Positions 49,923-62,764 of a DNA stretch of 64,000 bases are shown here, piece after piece. The DNA is from Eledone cirrhosa (taxonomy: Eukaryota). Positions within the stretch are counted from its first letter, which is position 1, and each line of letters opens with the position of its first letter. The translations under genes were made by a program, and so were the position numbers. The notes beneath the pieces are model-generated. The model had not been told where the DNA came from. It ran no database searches and worked only from the letters and a program-made list of their open reading frames with translations. The stretch lies in assembly GCA_964016885.1 (NCBI GenBank), contig OZ024742.1, forward strand, positions 284,270,001-284,334,000, read 5' to 3'.

Positions 49923-52826
49923 AACATATAAATACATACACATACATAATATACTCCCACCCACACATATATATAATACACACACACTTGAAAGTCAGTA
50001 TTCTAAAAAAATAAATAAAATAAAAAATAAAACGAATAAGAAAGGGGAAAAATGACTCCTCCCCCCACTTCCAGTTAGTTTTATAGACTTTAACTATACT
50101 CTACATACAAAACACACTGCTTGATATGCCACCCAAGATGTGAGTGCGGTGGAGTGGATTGGAGGAGAGGAGAGATGAAATGGGATGGAGGGGGAAGTAA
50201 AGATGGTGGGCAGAAAGGAGGGAGGGTGCTGGGATGTGGGGGAGTGTGTGAAGAGGGAAGCAGTATTTGCTAAGAAACTATAAAAAAAACACAATAAAAA
50301 TCAAGAAAGACACAAAAGAGACTTCTAAAGAAAAGATGGGTGAAGATAAACAATATTTTTTTTGCCATACATACTATATATACATACACTACTATACGCA
50401 GATATATGGGTTTACACACTACACACACAAACACGTAGATACATACACACATACATATATATGTACTTACATACATGTATCCGTACGTACACATATATGC
50501 ATTTTTGTTTTTGGCGGGGGCATACACACTATACCCACCCATAGAGATGGTTTTACACACTACATCTCCACAGACATTGACACACACACACGTACATACA
50601 CAATCCAATCTCTTGAACTGCTTTTGTAGAGAGAAAAAGATGAAAAGGAGGCTGAATGAGTGATGTGAGAGGAAAGAGAACACATTTCAGCTCATCCATC
50701 TTTTAACACACACACATAATCACAATCATTCCACACTACGAACTCCATTACCATCCCCATAAACACAAACCACCCACGCAGATACAAACAATCCACCCAA
50801 AAGTTTTATTTCCAACTCTTTTCTCTTTACATTCTGAGTTCAAATCCCGTTACGGTTAACTTTGCCCTTCATCCTTCTGGAATCGATAAAATAAAGTTAA
50901 GTACTTAGTCAACAATCGAATCGATTTCCCCACAAATTATTGGCCTTGTTTCTAAATTATAAACAATTATAATCATTATTATCACTTAAGTGCCCCCAAA
51001 CCCTTTTCAAAGTCTCTAAGATTGCTGGGAGGAAGGAAAAAAAGAAAGAGGCATTGGTCAAACCGAAGCCCTAACCTGGGTGCTTGCAACAATGTTGACT
51101 CTGCTAAAGGCATCGAAAGTCCACGTGATGGTCGTGTTGACCAGTGATTGGTTAAGTCTAACGTGAGTTGTTGAACTCACATAATAGATCCCTGAACTTA
51201 TTCCATCCCATTCTTACTCTTATTACGTTGCTTTCGTGGGACCTACTTCCATTGATAATTAAGGTCACCAAGATAACTCAATGCATTTCATGTGTAGATT
51301 TCTCGATTTTAGGTTTTGCTTTTACGTTTGTATTTCTTCTCTAATTCTACAATAAATTAAGTTATGACAACTAGGTCATTGGTATAGCCAAGCAGATTTA
51401 TAATCAAAACCATTCCATCTAAGACCTTCCCAACTTTTATTCAAATATAGGGTATTTTTCCAATACCCTTTTCTAAAAATACGGTAGTGATTCGGGGAAA
51501 ATTAGGCTGCTATGCAAAGCAAGCGAAACGACCACGTAGAGACTGCAATTTATTGTTGAAGCTCCATGTTAGCCATGATTGGGTAGAACTGAACGAACAC
51601 CCATATTACTATAAGGTGGTAATGCTGGTGCTACACGAAAATGCATCCAACGCACATTGTGAAGTGGTAGTGCTGGTGCCACGATAAAACGCACCCAGTA
51701 CACGCAATGGAGTGGTTGACATTAGGAAGAAAATCTAGTCTAATCCATGCGAGCATTTGAAAATGAGTGATAGTGGTGATGATGATGATGGTCATCAGTT
51801 TCCTATGTACAGACCTCCCAAGACCACGTTATACATTTTTAAGCTGGCAGGGATGAGATTTAAGGAAAATCTGGTTGCTATTTTTTGGCTCATTAATGGA
51901 GTAGTTGATAGTGATGGTGGAATGTTTATGGTGTGTCTACATGCAATGATGTCATAGTGATGGCGAGAGCTATGATGCGTGACAGAGCTAATTATAGAGG
52001 TATTGTTTACGTTACGAGAAGGCCCATGGCAATCTGGTTATTAAAAAAAAATCATACATATATAACCGTCATTTCCCCCCAAGATAGTAGGATGGGATTT
52101 AATGGCGATTTGGCAGCTATTTCTTGTAAGGCGAGCGATAATATGAAGGGTTCACATTTTGGTTTTGGCTCCGTAGTGTGACTGTTGATGGTAGTGGTGA
52201 TGATAGAAGAGGCGGTGGTGGTTGTGTTGGGTAGTGTAGGGGTGATATACAGAAACAGAGGGGTGGGGCTATCAGTCCAAAACTTGGTTTAAGATATTGG
52301 AATGTAAGCTGATGATATTTTTTAACAACCCAGTAAGATGAAGTTGGGAGGTAGAAGAAAAATAGATGATAGATACATAGCGTTAGTGAAAGAAAAATGG
52401 AGAAGGAGAGAAGAAAGATTTGTAGTGAGAAAGGCAGAAGGGGCGGCAAACAGAAGGAAAAGAGGGGAGAAATTTATCTTTCTATAAATTATATACACAC
52501 ATCATAGTGTGCGCACATATACACACACGTGTGTTGGCAGTATGACCGTTCCAATGTACAACAATGTGTATATGAACATATAGAGAGGAGGAGGGAGAGG
52601 AAAGATATGTGTGTGTATGTATTAATAATTAATTTACTTCAAGTGGTTGGTTATTTAGCATAAGAATCAATTAATTAATTAATTAATAAATCCAAGCTAA
52701 TTAACTATAACAACATATACGGAGAGTTGGCAGGGGAGACAAAGAGTAGTTAAGAGAATGAATAAGAATGTTTGTTTGGTGTCAATAAACTTTAAGGTTA
52801 GTTAGTTTGTAGTGGATACAACAAAG

Positions 52827-52835
52827 TGGGTGGTC
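52827..52835 (-). promoter_or_regulatory. Perfect Gli/Ci consensus site (TGGGTGGTC on +)
   Basis: Exact 9/9 match in the large upstream intron; function untested. Confidence 0.55.
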
Positions 52836-53148
52836 GAAAAAGGAGGAGGAATAAGTAGGAAGGAAGGAAGAAATAAGGAATTGTATTCCAAAGAGCAGGA
52901 AAAGGAGAGGGTAGTGAAGGGTTACAATATCGTGGTGGTGGTGTGGTTTACAAAGTTTATTCTTTTACTGGTTTCAGTTATGTTAGGGCACTGCATTTAA
53001 GGGATTCAGTTGGGTTTTACTAATAATTAAGGGATTCAGTTGGACTCTAATAATTAACTTTTTTCTAGTCTGGTACATATTTATTTTATCGGTCTCTTTA
53101 TCTGCTTGATTTCAGTCATTAAACTGTGGGGTCATATTGGGGTACCGA

Positions 53149-53277
53149 CAGTGCCGGATTTAGGAAAAATGAGGCCCCTTACTTGGGCCCTGAAGGGGAT
53201 AAAAATATTTTTTGGCAGGAAGATGACCCCCACTCCACCCCCGGCAGCACCTAAGTACAATGGTAAATCCGGCACTG
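53149..53277. mobile_element. hAT-type MITE, 129 bp
   Basis: Perfect 14-bp TIR CAGTGCCGGATTTA; decayed 8-bp TSD. Confidence 0.8.
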
Positions 53278-53525
53278 GGCATTGCATTCAATGGATTTAG
53301 TCATATTGACTTCAGTATTTTTCTTTTTCTTCTAGCCTGGTACATATTTTATTGATTTCATTCGTCGAAATGGGCTTAAACATACAATCAATGTTAACAG
53401 ACACATACACACATGCATAAAATAGCTGTCGAGTACTGGAATCGATTATACCCCCCCCCCCACACACACACACACCATTTCTGGCCTTGCTCATTAATTA
53501 GAAAGTATTATTGGTTATTATCTTA

Positions 53526-53860
53526 GGGCGGTGAATTGGCAGTGTAGAGCGTCGGACACAATGCTACGTCCTGAGTTCAAATCCCGTCGAGGTTAGCTTT
53601 GCCTTTCATCCTTACGGGGTCGATAAAATAAAATACCAGTAACGTACCGACGTCGATTTAATCGATTTCCCCTCCACCAATATTGCTGGCCTTGTGCTTA
53701 AATAAGTTGGTGGATTTACCAAATTGCTAGGGCGTTGGAGAAAATGCCTTAAAGTGCGGTATTTTACATTCTGAGTTCAACTTTGCTTTTCATGCTTCCA
53801 GGGTCGATAAAATAAAAAGGCTCAGTCAAGTACTCGACTAACCCCTTCCTCCAAATTTCC
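53526..53860 (+). mobile_element. Two tandem SINE family 1 copies
   Basis: Heads near 53526 and 53707, both with core TTTGC(C/T)TTTCAT...GGGTCGATAAAATAAA. Confidence 0.8.
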
Positions 53861-54230
53861 AAGTTGTTTTTATTGTACTTTTTGATTAAGAAGTTAACAA
53901 AAACAGCAGACACACCCACGTCTTTTTTCCCTTTCGTTCTTTTTAACTTTCTAATCTGAAAGCTGGGTGGATACTGTGTAGATTATATTAGAGATGGATA
54001 GTATATATACTTTATCATCTCCTTCCTCCCCCTTCTCATCACCACAATCAGCCGTCGCCGTCGCCACCACCACCATCAACGTCAATTCCCCATCTGGGTC
54101 TTATTTACCAACACTGTGTTATCATGTGATCAATAACCCCCCCGCTCATCACACTAACATTATCATGCCACCACCACCATCAGATCAACTAAGAAACTCC
54201 CAACACTAATAAGAATACTTTAAAATGAAA

Positions 54231-54239
54231 GACCACCCA
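54231..54239 (+). promoter_or_regulatory. Perfect Gli/Ci consensus site GACCACCCA
   Basis: Exact 9/9 match 1.4 kb from another perfect site; function untested. Confidence 0.55.
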
Positions 54240-55689
54240 GATATTTGAAAAACATAGCTTGTTGTAGCAAGTTCTGACCTACACACCTACATGTTCATCA
54301 ATCACCCTCAAATAACACGACACACATCTATAGTGGTTCCTCACAATCGTAAGACTGCAGAGTTTGAACAGCAGGTCGGGGAAGGAAGTATACATTCAGT
54401 TCTTGAGTACAGACACTTCATTTCACGATATTCTGGTCCAGTGGTTAGGGTGTTGGGTTCATTATCAACTCCTCTGATACCAAACTATCTAAAACTACCC
54501 CTGGTTCTATGCACCAAAGCTGTGTTTTAAAGTGTTCATATTTAAATTTAAATCTTCCGTCATAATTTTGTTCCAAGCAGCAGCTTAGAAGTGAGAAAGT
54601 TACATTACTAAATCCCTCAAAATTCTTGATATTTTCAAAATGATTTGAAAACCATAAGTAAGTGTATTTCATTGGAAATATAGTAACGGAAAGGTTTGGA
54701 TCGTGGGTTCAATAACCGGTCTGGGTGATGTGTGTTGTTTTCTTGAGCAAGGTACTTCATTCCATGTTGCTCCAGCCTAACACATATGTGTGTGTGGCTT
54801 AGTGGTTAGGATGTTAGGCTCATGGTTGTTAGGGTTGTGAATTTAATACCCGACCTGAGAGGGTGTGTTCTTAAGCAAGGCACTTCATTTCACATTACTC
54901 CGGTCCAACATAAGACATAAGACATTTAAAACCTTCCGCCACTACACTTCTATTATAAGATAGAGTTAACAAGGGAGCTTTTCTATATGGTCAACATACT
55001 AGAGCTAGCAACCAAATTTGCTTCAAACCACATACAATTTTTTACAGATTAGTCAAGATATACTGCTTAAAAAATAAAAAAAGATGAGATGGTCACTGCC
55101 TGAATCCTTTTGATCATGTTGGGGCTAAGCAACAACAATACCGTCATTCCATCTGTTCAGTCAAGACAAAACATAAAAACAAGCAAAAACAACAACAAAA
55201 GACAAAAGACAAAATATCAGCATATGCATCATTAACGTCTTTCACTGCCATATATTTCTAATGAAAGACACTGCTTATAATTTTCAAATAATTTTGAAAA
55301 TAAACAAATATTTTGAGGGAATTATTAATATAACTTAACCACTATCATGCTGGTGGTGTTTGAAAATAACTTAAAGCTTCTTATATAAAATTATGCTTGA
55401 AAGGATTTTAGATAAATATAAATAACCTAAAACACAGACTTGCCAACCTCTAAAAACCCAAACGGGGAGTACCATGAAAAAAAGTGTCCCAAAACGGGGA
55501 GAAATGAGGCAAAATGGGAGATTTTACATAATGAAAGCTATACCCATTTTCACAAGAGAAAACATCTCTCACCAACCGCAGAGTGGGTAGATCTCCCGGT
55601 CGAATGGGGAGAGTTGACAGGTCTTCTCTGGTCAAGTCCACCTTGTCTACCTCTGTTAATTGTAGCCATTTCGAGAATCTACAGATAAG

Positions 55690-55895
55690 CCAACGTGGGG
55701 GTTTCTATGTGGCCACTAGCCTGCTAGAAATAGCAGCCGCATCCTTAGAATCTCACTGTCTAAAAAAACAGGGGAAAGGATACACCAGATAATGTAGTAT
55801 TATATATCTTTAAAAATCAGGAAAGTCACGGTTGAAATTCCTTTCTTGATCATAGGTTTGCCGAATTAAGACTGACCTGGAGCTAAACAACAACT
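55690..55895 (-). repeat. Representative of an abundant unclassified ~200-bp interspersed repeat (family C; also near 4290, 14255, 20430, 21960, 23295, 25400, 29000, 35690, 63030)
   Basis: Recurring GAGGGAGATTTGGCTGCTATTTCTAGCAGG and GACCTATGATCAAAGGCATTCCAGCCATGACCATC-like motifs. Confidence 0.65.
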
Positions 55896-58475
55896 GGCTT
55901 ACAGGAACCAGCTGGAAGCGTAAGATGACCCACACTGCTCACTGGCAAGATAAGCCACTGCATGTTGGAGTGAGATGTGTGGTCCTTAACCAGTTACAAG
56001 AATATACCATTTGTGAACCACTGAACATTTTGAGTGGTAATGGTGATGGATTCTCTGAATGTGCCAATCCACTGAATCCCTACTTGTACATTTAATATGT
56101 AGGTGGCTGAGTTTTCCACAGGTATTCTAATGTAATTCTCCGACCACATACACATATATACATATACATACTACAAACATACATATATTTTCTCAAACTT
56201 TCCCGTAATAAAGATTATATTTAATCTCTACTAATGGTGCTAAATACTCATTCTTGCAATTGTCAATATTAAGCATGTGTACGCGTGTGTAAATAAATAC
56301 ACACACAAATATATATATATAAATATCCTTCGTTAGGGAACGAAGGTTGAGAGCAGCACCTTAGCATAGCTTGCACTCTAATGGCTGAAATCAATTTAAA
56401 AAAAAAAGAAAGAAAGAGTGCGATGTGAAAGGGGATGATTGAGTGTTGTTGTTGGGAAGTTACCAGAGGAAAAGGAAGTCTACAGAAAGTGTTGTAAGAA
56501 ATAATGATTCAGATCTCAGAATAACTAAGTCTTTCGAAGAACAGATGAGGAAATAAAGACCATTTTACCAATTACATTGTAGAGAGCCACTGGTGATGGA
56601 ACCAAGACTTTGTGACTATGTAAAAAACAAAATCACACTTATCAGCATTAAACAAAAGCTATTAACCCTTGATATTAAAGCCTCTGAAACTATCCAAGTT
56701 ACAAAGTTGTCTATTTTTAAAGTGTTTATATTAATCTATAAATCTTCCATCATAATTTTTTTAAAAATCACAGGTAGTGTCTTTCATTAAAAATATGGCA
56801 ATGAAATGGTTTTAACATTATCATTAAATTGAGGCACTCTAACTGCAGTGTTTTGTCGACTGATGTGCTACAGGTTGGAAACCTATTGTACTCTCATTCT
56901 AGGGCTAGTTAAGTCCACTACACTCCATATCAGAGAACAAACTTATTTCCTCCATTACCACCACTGCCCTCCGTTAAAAAAATGAGAATAAGGGGAGCTT
57001 TATCCTACACCAGCAAGCCCTTTGTCCTCTCATACTAGATAGGGCAAGTTAAGTCCCTCCAATTCTACACCATAAAGCAAGTTTAATTTTTTCATTACTA
57101 TTACAAGCCCCTGTATCGCCCTTCTCCACCAAAACGTTGAGAGTGAGGGCTAAGTTTACCTGCCCCACTTTTCAAAGTAGGTCCAAAATTAAGAGACCCA
57201 CTCCACATCAGAAAGTAAATTTAGTTCCTCTTCCAACACCAACCACCAACCACTCCACCATAAAACCTACTATCACCAACACCACCACAAACCATTCCAA
57301 CACAAAACCTACTATCACCACAAAACTTACCACTCTCACCAACACCACCACAAAAAGTACCACTATCACCACCACCACCAACAACACAAAACCTACCATT
57401 AACATCACCCATCAAAAGGTTGAGAGGCTGGGGAGAAAAGGGGGATGCTATCATCCAATACCACCAAAATTCTACTTGTGGTGGTGTTCTCTTGTTAAAA
57501 GAATCAGTCCTCCTCACAACAACAACGAAACCTCAGTAATGGGATATCAATAACATTGTTTTCTCTGCTCAAGAATTTGTATTGTATGAGTGTGTATGTG
57601 TATGTGTGTGTGCTTACTTATGCCTGTATGTTTATGTTTGAGTGTTTATTTACATGGGCATGTTTATATATGTGTGTATGCGTATTAATGAATGCAGTGT
57701 GTGTATATGGATATGTATGTATCTGACTGAATGTTTAGGTCCGCGCGCGCGCGAATATATTGCGCATTTGTTTATGTGATTCTATTGTATGCTGTGTGGA
57801 TTTTTGTAGTTTTTGTGAATGTTTATACATTGTTTTGTGTATATGTGTGTTAGTTTATGTATGGGCTTATGTAAGAATGCATTAATTAATGTTTAGTGTG
57901 TTGATGTATGGTAGTACACATGTTTACGTACGTATATTTTCTTTTCATGTATGTGCATGTATGTGCTCATTTCTGCGTATGTCTTTGTTTGTGCGAAGTG
58001 GTGAGGGTTTGCTTTTCAAACTGAGGAGGAAAGAGAGAGAAGACAAATCAACTAAAACAAGGGGGAGAGAGAGAGGTGTGTGTGTATAGAGTGGGGGAAT
58101 CTGCGTGAGGAGTGAGGTATGTGTGGTTGTGCATGCACTTGACTAGGTAAGAGCAATATGTATTTCCATCATCATTTTTACATGTGTTCTATGCTTGTAA
58201 GGCTTAGACAATATATCTATATACATGTGGGTGTATGTGTATCTTGGTTTAGAATAAGAACATATCCCTACGAGTTGTAAAACACTTGGTGCCAGGAAGG
58301 GCATCCGGTTGTTAACACCCCCAAAAACTCAATTGATGGTTGTGAGGTGAGAAGAAAAGATCTATCGACATCCTTGTAATGAGAGGAGAACGTGGATTGT
58401 GTGTGCATGAATAGGGAAGTTTCATGGATAGCTCTCTCTCACTCCAGATGAGAATGTGTATATATGTTATATATA

Positions 58476-58795
58476 GGCGCTAGACTTCGTGGTTAGAGCG
58501 TTGGGATTGCAATCGGGAGGTTGTGAGTCCGATTCGCGGACCAGGTGATGTGTTGTGTCCTTGAGCAAGACACTTTAATTTACGTTGCTCTAGTTTACTC
58601 AGCTGTAGAAATGAGTTGCGACGTCACTGATGTCAAGCTGTATCGAACATAGCCTTTCTCTCGGACAACATCGGTGGCATGGCATGCATGGGCGACAGCT
58701 GGTCTTCTAGAAATACACCTTGCCCAGGCTTGTGTCTAGCAGGGGAACTTTCTAGGTACAAAACCATGGTCATTCGTGACCGAAGGGGGCCCTAC
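58476..58795 (+). mobile_element. tRNA-derived SINE, family 2 (heads also near 43080, 28250, 54795; reverse near 19530-19680)
   Basis: GTGGTTAGAGCG...GTGTTGTGTCCTTGAGCAAGACACTT motif recurring in the window. Confidence 0.75.
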
Positions 58796-59649
58796 GATAC
58801 ACACGTACCAAATTGTTCTAGTTAAGTAGTACCCATCCATGCTATTTAAATTCAACTTCCCTGTCAGAGATTTATGTATATATATATAATGTTATCATTT
58901 TATATGATAGTTAGTTTGTAAGCGAGAGAGAGAGAGAAAACCACACCTCTGCTTCTGGGAGGTCCTTTCCTGCTGCTTAGAGTTAGGGTAAGCAGCCAAA
59001 CAACTTCACATAGCTGGTTATACCATACCACACACAAAGAAATACATAGCCCCACTATCATACACTCACAAAAACAAATACATACCATGATGAACATATC
59101 ACCAACACTTTCACACATCATCTTAGCCGTAACCCCACCATATTTAATACCACTATATCACACACACGATAATATACGTATATAACACTACCATCCCACA
59201 AATATATATACCATGAAAGACATGCAGCATCATCACAGATACAAACCACAATAATCACGAAACCAAAATCAGTGCACACGTATTACACACACACGTGTGT
59301 GTGTATGTATATATATATATATACATACACACATATATATATACATACATACATATAACACGAATAACCACACACACCATGATATACATACCGCCACACC
59401 ACCACCGACGTCAGCAGCAGTAGCAAGTAAGATAACCAAGCCAAGAACTTTATAGTGTTGTTTAAAAAGTAAAGCTATGTAGCACACAGCAAACCTTGCT
59501 AGTATAGGGAGATGGGGTGGTGGTGGTGGGGGCAGAGTTAGTGGAAAGAAGAAAGATACCTAAGTGGTAGTGCTCTAGCAATTTACCATGTGTCCCTGTT
59601 TTAGCAAGTTAGAAGGGGTGAATGGTACGTAGGAGAGTGTGTATGTATG

Positions 59650-59685
<36 letters not shown>

Positions 59686-59930
59686 AGTAGATTTCGTAAA
59701 AAATTTATATCCAAAGTTGGCGGAACACACGGTCCGAGAGACGAGTTGTAATATACAAACTTTGGCTAAATTCACTTTCATCTGTCTAATTAATATACGC
59801 GTTTCGCTGGGGAAAATAACAATTAGCCAACGAAACGTATGTATGTATTCAACAGATGAAAATGTGAATTTTACCAAATTCTGTGTGTACACACACAATT
59901 TGGTAAAATTCACAATACAATGTATGTGAA

Positions 59931-59980
59931 TTTTGTCTGATGAGCCTGTGAATAACAGACGAAATTCAAGAGTAACAGGA
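59931..59980 (+). ncRNA. Minimal type I hammerhead ribozyme (Penelope/retrozyme type), predicted cleavage after GUA at 59974
   Basis: Stem I UUUUGU(59931-36)/ACAGGA(59975-80); core CUGAUGA 59937-43; stem II GCCUGU/ACAGAC with one C-A mismatch; GAAA 59961-64; stem III AUUC/GAGU with 2-nt loop. Confidence 0.72.
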
Positions 59981-59994
59981 CTTTGACTTAATAA

Positions 59995-60187
59995 ATAATT
60001 GTTTCTACTTTTGGCACAACGCCAGCAATTATCCCAGAGCATTACTGGTACTTTATTTTATCGACCCCGTAAGGATGAAAGGCAAAGTTAACCTCGGCGG
60101 GATTTGAACCCAGAACGTAAAGGGCCATAACTCTATGCTGTAAAGCATGGTGTCTGACGCTCTACCGATACTGCTAATTCACCGCCC
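59995..60187 (-). mobile_element. SINE family 1 inserted just downstream of the hammerhead
   Basis: Full head and core in reverse; flanking duplication TGACTTAATAAATAATTGTTTCTACTT at 59984 and 60190. Confidence 0.85.
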
Positions 60188-61498
60188 TCTGACTTAATAA
60201 ATAATTGTTTCTACTTAATAAATTATGATAGAAACATGTGAATGTATGTATATATGTATAGTGTATACATTTCTGAAATGAAGAATTATAATTAAACATT
60301 AATTTATTCCAGGGCTAGCGTCGTCTTTATTGTTATAGTCAAAATATTTTGGCCCTTGTACCCCAAAATGGGAAGATTTTACATAATGAAAGCTATACCC
60401 ATTTTCAAAAGAGAAGACATCCCTCACCCACCCCAAAGTGAGTGGGAGATCTCTCCGTTGGACAGGGAGAGTTGACAGGTCTGCTGTATCACATTAAAAA
60501 TTAAAGTCTTTATTTTTAGTTTACTGAAAATGTTCACGACAATCTGTCCACTAGTAAATATACTATAAACATTTGAATTAACAAACCAGTTTTTATGTAT
60601 TTTTGTTAAATCATTACAGGATTATTAAGAGATTATCATTGGTTAAGTTTGAATTGTGTTAGTTTACAGGGATGATGTGAGTCAAGTCCCTGAGTTGGTG
60701 TATCCTAAACAGAATCTAGTTTAACATCGTGGAATGATTCAGCAGAAAATATCTAAAAGTGAATTTGTTAATTAAAATAGTTATAAAATCTTTACTACTG
60801 AACAAATCATTGAGAATTTGCAATATTAGCATTAGTAAAGACTTTTGAACTTTTAATGTGATAGTCATAGTGGTGTTTTATGTGGTAGAATATTAAGAGA
60901 TAAGCGGGATGAGAAAGTGGTATCACTAATACGAAGATATCCTTGGCATGGACAATAGATTAAAAAGAATGATTTGAATGAAGAGTTCAGTTTGAAACTC
61001 TAAGAACACTATGGAATAGGACAGGCACACACATGAAGAAAGCCAGAAGATACAATGGCCAAACCATTGTAACTAATAACCAAAATAGAGTCAGAAGGCT
61101 GACATAAATTAGTGTATGATAAAATTTAATTCACCTTAAATATTCTATTGAGCACTTTAGATTTGCCTAATTTTTAGATGAATTCAGATGTGTTTTATAG
61201 AACAAGTGTTTTTACTTCTATACTTGTGTGTGGGTGTGGTTGTCTACATATATACATGTGTGTGTATATATATATATATATATATGCATACATGTGTGAG
61301 TGTGTGTATACTGTGGGATAATTACATCATTCCAATTAGCTTCATCTTACCATATTTTTAATGAAATACATTGCCTCTATGTTTCAATTAATTTTGAAAA
61401 TAAAAAAAAAAGTTTGGAAGAATTTAGTAAAAATAACCCTTTTTTTAAGCTGATGTTTGAAGCAAGACTTACATAAAGAAATTATTAAACGCTTTAAC

Positions 61499-62764
61499 CA
61501 TCATCATCATCATCATCATTGTTTAATGTCCATCTTCCACGCTTGCATGGGTTTGGACAGGAATTTTCCCACTTGAGGCAAGATTGGTTGTCTTGCTCGT
61601 ATAGGACTGTCTGGCGGGTTTTCTATGGCTGGATGCCCTTCCTAACACCAACCACGTTTACAGTGTGGACTGGGAGGTTTTTACTGTGTTACCAACACGG
61701 CCACATTACAGTGTGGACTGTGTGTTTTTTTGTCGTGTCACCTACACGACCTCATTTGTTTCGGACTGGATGTTGTGGTACCAACATAACTTTACATCGA
61801 AAGGGATGGGGTGGGGGTGTATTTTTGTTAAGAGGTGCCTACTGACTGTAGGTTTCGCTTTGTACTTAGGCAAGGCGGGTCTACTGTATTACTGTGTAGC
61901 GCCAAAGATGTCGGTCCAGTGACATTGACTTGGAGATGTGTAAGTGTGTGAGGTCGGAATTTATCAAGTCGTCCCAGGTTTTTCTGGGTCTGCCTACTCC
62001 GTGGCTACCGTCTATTTTTATCGCCCTGCACTTTTTTATACAGCTGTCGTCTTTCATGCGCATCACGTGACCATACCAACGTAGTCTTCTCTCAAGTAAA
62101 CAACATCTGATCCCTCTTATTCCTAATTTCTCCCTTAGTTCATTCATGCTTTGCCGTTCACGTATATTACTATTACACATCCAACGGAGCATGCAAGCTT
62201 CGTTCCTCTCCAGTCTGCGTATATCCTCTGCACACAATGCCCAAGTCTCACTGCCATGTAACATTGCTGTTCGTATGCAGGCATCATACAGCCTGCCTTT
62301 CATTTTTAGATAGAAACCTTTAGTGGCCAATAGTGGTATAAGCTCTCTGAACTTTTTCCATCCCGTTCTGACTCTAGCTACTGTACTTTCAGAGCACCCT
62401 CCACCACTGCTGATTTTGTCACCCAGGTAACAGAAGGTGTCCACTATTTCTATAGAACCATCTGTGCAATTGAATGAGCTAGTATTCTGTGGGCACTTGC
62501 TGCTACTTATTGCACCTGAGCACCGGCCTCATATAAAATCTATATTCTTAGTTAGCTTACCTGTGATCCCACTACATCTTTTATGCACCCATACTTTGCA
62601 TTTGGGACATAAAATGGAGTTCTGCCTACTCCTTTCCTACACACTGAGCATGGCCATTTCCTAGATGGGACCAGTGCCCTATTTTCCTTCCTACAAACTA
62701 GAACTTTATTTAGTCTTAGACAGGTTAATTTTAAGGCCTTTTGATTCTAGGCCATGCTTCCATG
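61499..62764 (-). mobile_element. 5'-truncated RTE-clade LINE (RT C-terminal part, 3' UTR, (GAT)n tail)
   Basis: GLKINLSKTK, FCYLGD, MLHGSETW, RRLRWYGHVMR, GRPRKTW motifs; frameshifts and stops; (CAT)n at 61499-61519. Confidence 0.92.

Noticed and set aside
48871-50683. Long ORFs rich in H/T/V/C/Y/I
   Set aside because: Translations of (GGT)n, (CA)n and (TA)n microsatellites; no splice or domain support.
57137-57553. 138-aa Thr-rich mucin-like ORF
   Set aside because: Derived from ACC/AAC low-complexity repeats, antisense within the ptc intron, with no credible gene structure.
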